Assembly (NCBI GenBank): GCA_963795845.1
Contig: CAWCJV010000017.1
Coordinates: forward strand, 62,872-126,871
Reading direction: 5' to 3'
Length of the DNA stretch: 64,000 nucleotides
Source of the DNA: an uncultured Acidobacteriaceae bacterium
GTDB taxonomy: Bacteria; Acidobacteriota; Terriglobia; Terriglobales; Acidobacteriaceae
Shown: positions 57,522 to 64,000 of the stretch, piece by piece
Layout: each line of letters starts with the position of its first letter
How positions within the stretch are numbered: position 1 is the first letter of the stretch
The notes under the pieces: generated by a model
What the model was told of the DNA's origin: nothing
The model's input: the letters and a program-made list of their open reading frames with translations, nothing else
Database searches by the model: none
Translations under genes and position numbers: made by a program

Positions 57522-57697
57522 GTGCCCCATGTTCGCCTGAGCGTACATGCGGCCGAAGATGAGTGGGCGCAGCCCCTCCGAATGTTTTGCTCTATAGCCG
57601 AGAAGCGGGCGAAAGCAAGAGTCCTTGCACATGGAGTGAAAGCATTGGAAGAATCCGTTTTCGGCCCATGTACGCTGGGGCGAACATGGGGGCGCCC
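57522..57697. repeat. long-range inverted repeat related to the 'GGGGC(A/G)CCC' hairpin family
   Basis: gccccatgttcgcctgagcgtacatgcggccgaa (57522-57557) pairs imperfectly with ttcggcccatgtacgctggggcgaacatgggggcgccc (57660-57697). Confidence 0.65.
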
Positions 57698-57828
57698 GTC
57701 CAGAACCAACGACCTTAGTTCGGAGTCAAAATCTCGCCAGAAGCCGCCGACTCTATTTGGACAGGACTGGCATTTTTTGATTGTTCTGACAGCAGTGACT
57801 TGTGGAAAGACGGTTGCCGATTGAACTC

Positions 57829-58420
57829 TTAGACCCCTGGAACCGGCGGGCACCCGGGAAACTCCGCCAGATAGCCGTTTCCTATATAACCCAGATATTG
57901 AATTCCAATTTTGCTGGTGAAGAACCCGTCCGCAGCCAAGTTGCGCAAGAAGGCAAAAAACTCGACGCCCTGGCCCATGCTCGCATCCTCTTCTGCACTC
58001 TTGCGGTAGGCGATGCAATCCAGCATTTCCGTCTTCTGCTGCGGGGTGCATTCCAGATAGACCTTGCCGTACTTATCCGTGCACGTGGAATCGAGCCACA
58101 TAATGCCGCCGCCGAGCGTCAGCTGGTAGTGTGGATTCTCACTGGTCAGCAAATCAATGAACTCCGGCGCCCCGGCTTCGACCGCGCCTCCCGAATCCGC
58201 GTCTGCAGGAAAAATCGCATCGCACAACGACTGCAGGGTTTTGTATTGCTGCGGCGGAAAATACTTGGGCGTGTAGACACCGGTCTTACTCGTGGCCTTT
58301 TCCGTCCGTGATCATATGGTGCGCGTACTCCGCGGCCTGCAGCGGAATCACGCGCAACACGGAAGTAGCTGCCGCACCCAAACTCAACGACTTCAAAAGA
58401 TCACGCCGGGATACAGACAT
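57829..58420 (-). pseudogene. gluconate 2-dehydrogenase subunit-3-family protein (Tat signal), interrupted by a frameshift
   Basis: The ATG at 58420 gives MSVSRRDLLKSLSLGAAATS...GKGHE, then a stop at 58286-58288. The conserved body (KTGVYTPKYFPPQQYKTLQSLCDAIFPADADSGGAVEAGAPEFIDLL...) continues in another frame. The shift must lie within 58289-58311, which includes an A4 run. Confidence 0.75.
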
Positions 58421-58421
58421 G

Positions 58422-60164
58422 CTAGATCTCCCCTTTTTTGGCCTGGTCAAGGATGTATTCGGAAGTTCTCCACGATAGCGCAGTGATCGTGAGCGTTGGA
58501 TTCTTATCCGGACCGGTTACGAAACAAGCTCCGTCGCCGACGAACAGATTCTTCACATCGTGCGCCTGGCAATTCTTGTTCAACGCCGAGGTCTTGGGAT
58601 CATCGCCCATCCGCACTGTTCCCAATTCGTGAATGATCTCTCCGCCTTCGGAGATGCCATACGGTAACTTCCCTTGTGGCTCGATTGCCGGCATTCTTCA
58701 CGCCCGCATCCTGGCGCCTGGCATTATCGACCACCGTGCCTCCGGCAGCTTCGACGATAGACCGGAATGTCTCCTGCATATCCTTCGCCATTTTCAATTC
58801 GTGGTCGCTCCACTTGAAGTGGAAGCGCAACACCGGGATTCCCCACTTATCTACTACCGTCGGATCGATCTCGCAGTAGGTGTCAGGGTTGGGGATCATC
58901 TCTCCCCGTCCGGAAAACCCAATAAAGTTGCCATATTTGCTGCGGACATTCTGCTTGAGCGACGCGCCGTAGCCTTCGTGTTCATTGCAGATTCCATCGA
59001 ACGATCCCACGCCCGGCATATGACGTCCCCCACCGAACTCGATGTGGTAGCCGCGCGGGAAGTCGTTCTTGCGATCGCCTCTCCACCACGGCATATACAT
59101 GTGCATGCCGCCGATACCATCGTGGTTGTGCGGAGCCACTCCGGCCAATTGGGGGAAATACCCGGTCACATTGCTGCCCACGGAGTCCGTTAGATACCGT
59201 CCGACGACGCCGGACGAATTCGCCAGGCCATTGGGAAACTGTGTGGAGCGTGAATTGAGCAGCAGCCGCGAGGTTTCGCACGCGCTTGCGGCCAACACGA
59301 ACGCTTTCGCATGGACCCGCATCTCCGTGCGCGTCGCCTTATCGATGTAGGAAACAGACTGAGCCTTTCCATCCTTGCCGACGATCACTTCCCGTGCCAT
59401 GGCGTTAGGAATCAAAGTGAAGCGGCCGGTGGCGTGCGCGGGCGGAATCATCACCTGGCTGGAGCTGAAGTTTGAGGCGCTGATGCAGCCTCGGCCGCAT
59501 TGCGCGCAATAGTGGCAAGGGGCGCGGCCGTTGACCGGCTTGGTGATTACCGCCATGCGCGAAGGAATGCAGGTGATGTTCAGGTGATCACAAGCCTTCT
59601 TGACCAGTGTTTCCGTGCAACGCGGTTTGGGCGGGGGTAGAAACACGCCGTCTGGCGCATCTGCAGGTTTTCTTTCGATCCAAAGACGCCGATAAATTCT
59701 TCGACCTTATCGTAATAAGGCGAGAGTTCTTCGTACGTGATTGGCCAGTCGTCGCCCAGGCCATCCCTGGAGCGGGCTTTCATATCCGACGGCGAAATAC
59801 GCAGGGAGATGCGCCCGTAATGGTTGGTACGGCCACCTTCGATGCGCGAACGGAACCAGCGGAAGTTCGATCCTGGCGCCGTGGTGTAGGGCTCGCCGTC
59901 AATCTCCCAAAATCCATTGGGCGCGAGGAACTCGCCGTTCAATTCGTGGCGCGCTTTTCCCCCGATGTCCGCTCCGCGATGGGGCAGTTGATACGGCCAC
60001 ACGTGCTCTTTGTAATCGGTGCGGGGATTCAACAGTGGTCCCGCCTCCAGCATGACGACGTTCAAGCCGCCTTCGGTCAGCACCTTGGCGGCGGTACCGC
60101 CCCCCGCACCAGAGCCGATGATGCAGACGTCGTATACCTTGGGTGAGCGGATTACCTGGGCCAT
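58422..60164 (-). pseudogene. GMC-family FAD oxidoreductase (large subunit), split into three frames by two frameshifts
   Basis: - N-terminal piece (59580-60164): VYDVCIIGSGAGGGTAAKVL.
- Middle piece (58600-59646): FLPPPKPRCTE...HYCAQCGRGC...
- C-terminal piece (58422-58694): HELGTVRMG...[17 protein letters not shown].
- The junctions lie at about 59650-59668 and about 58650-58697. Confidence 0.8.
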
Positions 60165-60283
60165 TCTAAATCTCCGATAAAACAGGGTTTGCGAGGCGGA
60201 AATCGCTCCCCTCGCAAATATAGATCAAATTAGGCTCTATTGGTGAGCGAGCAGGTTACCAGTCCGGGGAGGAACTATCCGAT

Positions 60284-62308
60284 ATGGATCGTAGGGCATT
60301 TCTGCAAAACGCCGCAGCCACCGCGCTTGCGGCCACGCTTCCAGCACCGGCTCTATTGGGCGAGCCGGGCACACTGGACGGGCAGCCAGGCTGGTGGATG
60401 ACGGAACCCATTCGCTGGCTACAGACCAACCTTCGTGAAACCAACGCGGCGCTCAACCCCACTGACTTTATCGCCGACGTTGCCGGGTTCAACGCCAACG
60501 TACTGATGATGTCGGCGGGCGGCATCACTGCCCAGTATCCCAGCAAGGTCCCGTACCACTATGTGAGCCCCTACCTGCCGAAAGGGCAGGACACCTTTGG
60601 CGAGGTGCTGCAACAGGCCCATGCCCGCAGGATCCGGGTCGTGAGCCGTTGGGATTTCAGCAAAACCCACAAGGAAGTCTTCGATGCCCATCCCGATTGG
60701 TTCTTCAAAATGGCGGATGGTCAACCTGCGGTTTACAACGGACTCTACCTGGCCTGTATCAATGGCGGTTGGTACCGGCAAAAGTCCATCGAAATCCTGT
60801 CCGAAGCGCTTGACCGGTATGACGTGGACGGTTGTTTCTTCAACTTCTTCAGCAATCCCACTGCCGACTACAGCGAACACCCGCTCGGGCTCTGTCACTG
60901 TGACAATTGCGAACGTCTTTACCACGAGCGCTTCCATCGTGATGTGCCCGAAACGCCGGACGCCGATTATCACGCGTTTTTGCACGACGCAGGCGTGTCC
61001 ATGTCGCTTGCGATTCGTTCCGTGGTCAGAACCAAGCGCCCGCACGCTGCCCTACTCGGCACCTCGGTAGAAATCGGCGACATCGCGTATGGCGAAGCCA
61101 ATACGGCCGTGCGGCGGCCGCTTCCGCTGTGGCCCTATTCGTCGGGCGACAGCAGCAACCAGTGGCGCAACAGTTATCCCGATAAAGGAGTGGTTTGCCA
61201 GGGGATGTCTTTCATCGATTTTCCCTGGCGCTTCTCCGTGGTACCCCAACCCGAAATTCGCACTCGCATCTGGCAGGAGGTTGCCAACGGGGGCGCCGCA
61301 GCGTTCAACCTGCACGGAACCATCGCCGAGCAGCAAGATAGATCGGCCATCGATGTGGCGATCCCGGCGTACGGCTGGCTCAAGGAACACGAGGAGTATT
61401 TTGTGGGCCAGACCAGCGAGGCCCGGGTGTTTCTGCTAGCTCCGCGGACCGGCGGGGTTGGTTTCCAAATCTCGAACGACGCGTACCGCGGGTTTTATCG
61501 ATTTTTGACCGAACAGCATATCCCGTTCGCTGCAGTCGAAAATCTGGATTTCCTGGGCAAGCGCGAGGCTGACCTGGTCATCAGCCCCGGCGAAACCCCC
61601 TCCGGATTGGAATCCTATGTCCAGAACGGCGGACGCCTCATCATTGGCAGCGCGACTGCACCGCCATTCGAAGTTGCCGCCACGGTCAAGTTATGGAAGT
61701 CTCCCGACGGCGCTTATTTCCGCATCCGCAACAAAGCCATGTTCCCTTCCCTCAAGCGGACTGACGTCGTCTTCATGTATGGCGACTACCTGCAGTTGCA
61801 GGCAGAGGGCTCAAGCCCGATCACGTTTATTCCTCCATCCATGTACGGGCCGCCCGAATTGGTGCACGTTGACTGGAAAGATACGGACGACCCCGGCCTG
61901 CTGATCAAAGAGATCGGCAAAGGCAAGCTCGCCTGGCTGCCCTGGAACATCGGCGGCCTTTATTACCGGCATAGCTCGGAAGCCCACGCAAAACTGTTGA
62001 GTGACCTGGTTGACACCATGTTGCCGCAGGGACGCCAGCTGAAAAGCAACGCCCATCCCCTGGTCGAGATCACATTCATGCGGCAAAACAACCGCCAGTT
62101 GATGCACTTCATCAACCTATCGGGCCATGCGGATACGGCCTACTTTAATCCGGTCCCCATGAACGACATCCAAGTAAGCGTCAGAGGCGACTTTCATTCT
62201 GGCCGGGCGCTCCGATCCGGCAAAACGGTAGCGATCAAAGGCAACGCCGGGTACTCTCAGTTCACTCTGCCGGTGCTCGAGGAATACGAACTAGTGGACC
62301 TGGGATGA
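60284..62308 (+). CDS. putative glycoside hydrolase (GHL6-like TIM barrel + beta-galactosidase-trimerisation/GATase1-like domain), Tat signal
   Basis: The Tat signal is MDRRAFLQNAAATALAATLPAP. It then reads IRWLQTNLRETN...FNANVLMMSAGG...RVVSRWDFSK, which I recall from the 'hypothetical glycosyl hydrolase 6' family. The assignment is tentative. Confidence 0.55.
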   Translation: MDRRAFLQNAAATALAATLPAPALLGEPGTLDGQPGWWMTEPIRWLQTNLRETNAALNPTDFIADVAGFNANVLMMSAGGITAQYPSKVPYHYVSPYLPKGQDTFGEVLQQAHARRIRVVSRWDFSKTHKEVFDAHPDWFFKMADGQPAVYNGLYLACINGGWYRQKSIEILSEALDRYDVDGCFFNFFSNPTADYSEHPLGLCHCDNCERLYHERFHRDVPETPDADYHAFLHDAGVSMSLAIRSVVRTKRPHAALLGTSVEIGDIAYGEANTAVRRPLPLWPYSSGDSSNQWRNSYPDKGVVCQGMSFIDFPWRFSVVPQPEIRTRIWQEVANGGAAAFNLHGTIAEQQDRSAIDVAIPAYGWLKEHEEYFVGQTSEARVFLLAPRTGGVGFQISNDAYRGFYRFLTEQHIPFAAVENLDFLGKREADLVISPGETPSGLESYVQNGGRLIIGSATAPPFEVAATVKLWKSPDGAYFRIRNKAMFPSLKRTDVVFMYGDYLQLQAEGSSPITFIPPSMYGPPELVHVDWKDTDDPGLLIKEIGKGKLAWLPWNIGGLYYRHSSEAHAKLLSDLVDTMLPQGRQLKSNAHPLVEITFMRQNNRQLMHFINLSGHADTAYFNPVPMNDIQVSVRGDFHSGRALRSGKTVAIKGNAGYSQFTLPVLEEYELVDLG

Positions 62309-63153
62309 GGTTGGACTGAGAACGCTCTTCCTCAGGAATTTCACTCCTTCGAAGGCAATCGATTCCGGGGTGCGTTCGATATCTCGCCAGATGGCCGCGG
62401 CCGCACTCAGCTCCTTAAGCGCGAAACCGAAGCCCTCAATCGTCAGCCATCCGTCATACTTCAGGGATTGCAGCGCCTCAAATACCTGTTTCCATTCCAC
62501 GTGCCCCGATCCAGGTATGCCCCGATCGTTTTCGCAGGTATGCACATGTTTCAGTTGGCGCCCGACGGTGCGGTAGCCGTCGGCAATGCTCTTCTCTTCG
62601 ATATTGGCGTGAAATGTATCAAAGAGAATACCGATATTCGGGTGGCCAATTTCCTCCGAAAGCCGGGCGGCATCGGCGGCGGTGTTCAGGAAAAAAGTTT
62701 CAAATCGATTGATCGGTTCAATGGCAAACGTTACCTTGTGGGCCGCCAGCGAATCGCCGAGGGATTGAAATCCCTCCACTGCCCACTTCCATTCATCAGT
62801 GGTTCGCCGCCTGCCCGGCAAGTAGCCTACCGGACAGTAGAGAGGGCCACCACAATGGCCACGCCAGCCTCTGCTGCCACCTTGATCACCTCTTCGAGAT
62901 GGCGGCGGGTGCGCCGGCGAATATCCGCACTGTCGCTGATCAGGCTCAAGCCATCCACCAGAACCGTGCACGCGTTGCACTCCAGTCCATTAGCGGCAAC
63001 CGCTTTGCGAATCGCGGCGGACTGAAACTTATCAGGCCGCAACAGCGGGACCTCAACTCCATCAAAGCCTGCCTCTTTGATAGTGGGCAACAGGTCGAAA
63101 TTAGATTGATCGAACGTTGCCGACCAGATGAATGTGTTCACCCCAAATTTCAT
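62291..63153 (-). pseudogene. xylose-isomerase-like TIM-barrel sugar epimerase (D-tagatose/psicose 3-epimerase-like), one frameshift
   Basis: The ATG at 63153 (GAGGGGAAG SD) gives MKFGVNTFIW...VIKVAAEAGVAIVV, then a stop at 62827. The sequence GGPLYCPVGYL...FAIEPINRFE...DTFHANIEE...TIEGF continues in a second frame. The junction is at about 62848-62853. Confidence 0.75.
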
Positions 63154-63181
63154 CTTCCCCTCGGTTTCTTGTCGCAGACTA

Positions 63182-64000
63182 TTACAAAGGAATCTTGAGC
63201 ACATCCTCAATGTACTTCGCCGTGATCCTTGCGCTCTCCTGCGGCGGGCGCCAGGGAGACGTGTCCAGCTCAACGTTGAGAAACCCTCTCCACTGGATGC
63301 TGTCGAGATACGCCTTCAGGCCAGGAAAATCAACCCCTCCGGTCCCCATGGGAAAGAAGTAGGGGTCTTTCAACTGATCGACGTGCGGCCCGGGGACGTT
63401 CTTCGTTCCTCCTCGATCTTCGGACTTGGTGTCTTTCAGGTGATACTCGAGCACCCGCTTGCCGTACCGCTTGCCCATGGCCAGCGGATCCATGCCGGCC
63501 ATGGTGAAATGACCGGTATCAAGAACCAGGCCGACATACTTCGGGTCGGTGTTGTCCATGATGAATTCCAGTTCGTGCCGGCTCTGAAGCTGGCTACCCA
63601 GATGAGGGTGAACCCCCAGCTGCATCCCCAACTCTTCACTCATACGCTTGCCCAGAACATCGAGGGTGCCGGCCATCGCCTTGAGATCTGGGTCGGTTGT
63701 GCCCTCGGGCCGCCGGCGGCCGGTGTTGGTCTTTTGCACCTGGCAGCCGAACCGCCTGCTAAAGCGAGCCATGTCGAAGTGGTTCTCAACCACTGCCTGG
63801 CGTGAGTCCAGATCCTCAAAACGAGTATTGCCGGTAGCTGACCCGCCGGTGATGCTGACGAAATTCACCCCCATCTGGAAAATGCGCCGCATCAGGCCTT
63901 CCGCGTCGTCGGGATAGTACAAGGAGTCGGGGCGGCAGAACGAGGCTCCGAAAATCTCCATGTAGCGAAAGCCGACCTCCCGGCCTTCGCGCATCCCCTT
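63182..64000 (-). CDS. xylose-isomerase-like TIM-barrel protein (sugar phosphate isomerase/epimerase or inosose-dehydratase-like), 5' end beyond window
   Basis: The ORF is open to the window edge. Motifs include ..GVHPHLGS.., LDTGHFTMAG and LNVELD. Confidence 0.7.
   Translation of the reverse strand, partial: KGMREGREVGFRYMEIFGASFCRPDSLYYPDDAEGLMRRIFQMGVNFVSITGGSATGNTRFEDLDSRQAVVENHFDMARFSRRFGCQVQKTNTGRRRPEGTTDPDLKAMAGTLDVLGKRMSEELGMQLGVHPHLGSQLQSRHELEFIMDNTDPKYVGLVLDTGHFTMAGMDPLAMGKRYGKRVLEYHLKDTKSEDRGGTKNVPGPHVDQLKDPYFFPMGTGGVDFPGLKAYLDSIQWRGFLNVELDTSPWRPPQESARITAKYIEDVLKIPL

Noticed and set aside
57332-58051. 239-aa minus-strand ORF spanning the repeat-rich gap and part of the subunit-3 gene.
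   Set aside because: It runs through palindromic repeat modules and overlaps the conserved subunit-3 reading frame out of frame. Its translation is low complexity (R/G/C/P-rich).

Overview
GC-rich bacterial chromosomal segment with about 50 protein-coding genes. I saw no rRNA, tRNA, CRISPR array, transposase, integrase or phage genes. The gene content suggests a soil Acidobacteriota-type genome, but this is inference only: many Tat-signal exported glycosidases and oxidoreductases, DinB- and NIPSNAP-family proteins, an orphan MacB/FtsX-type permease, and dense palindromic intergenic repeats.

Gene order, left to right:
- HD hydrolase, an Sfp-type PPTase, and a convergent single-module A-T-TE NRPS-like enzyme, followed by sucA.
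- An amino-sugar module (SIS protein plus GH20 hexosaminidase) and a large Orn/Lys/Arg decarboxylase.
- MBL hydrolase and Zn-ADH.
- An envelope/glycoconjugate stretch (15.9-25.6 kb): Wzx-like flippase, CDGSH protein, csp, two half-size EamA proteins plus a MacB-like permease, asnB-like amidotransferase, UDP-sulfoquinovose synthase sqdB, and a GT21-like glycosyltransferase.
- The imuA-imuB-dnaE2 mutagenesis cassette.
- An aminotransferase and ilvA.
- A 1,300+ aa ORF fusing a complete topoisomerase III to a complete RecQ helicase.
- An ABC exporter plus PLD-family pair bracketed by the same palindromic element.
- A 20-kb run of mostly Tat-exported catabolic enzymes: NIPSNAP, amidohydrolase, metallophosphoesterase, PQQ propeller, GH29 fucosidase, amine oxidase, GH36-like enzyme, the denD-otnK-otnC-otnI tetronate operon, a GMC oxidoreductase pair, a GHL6-like hydrolase and sugar epimerases.

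Most notable observations:
1. The TopB-RecQ single-polypeptide fusion.
2. sqdB without any known sulfolipid transferase, next to a GT21 enzyme.
3. A twin half-EamA plus ATPase-less MacB permease operon.
4. Four frame disruptions confined to 57.8-63.2 kb.
5. At least five families of palindromic or hairpin repeats that fill essentially every long intergenic gap.

All functional calls come from reading motifs in the supplied translations. No database search was run.
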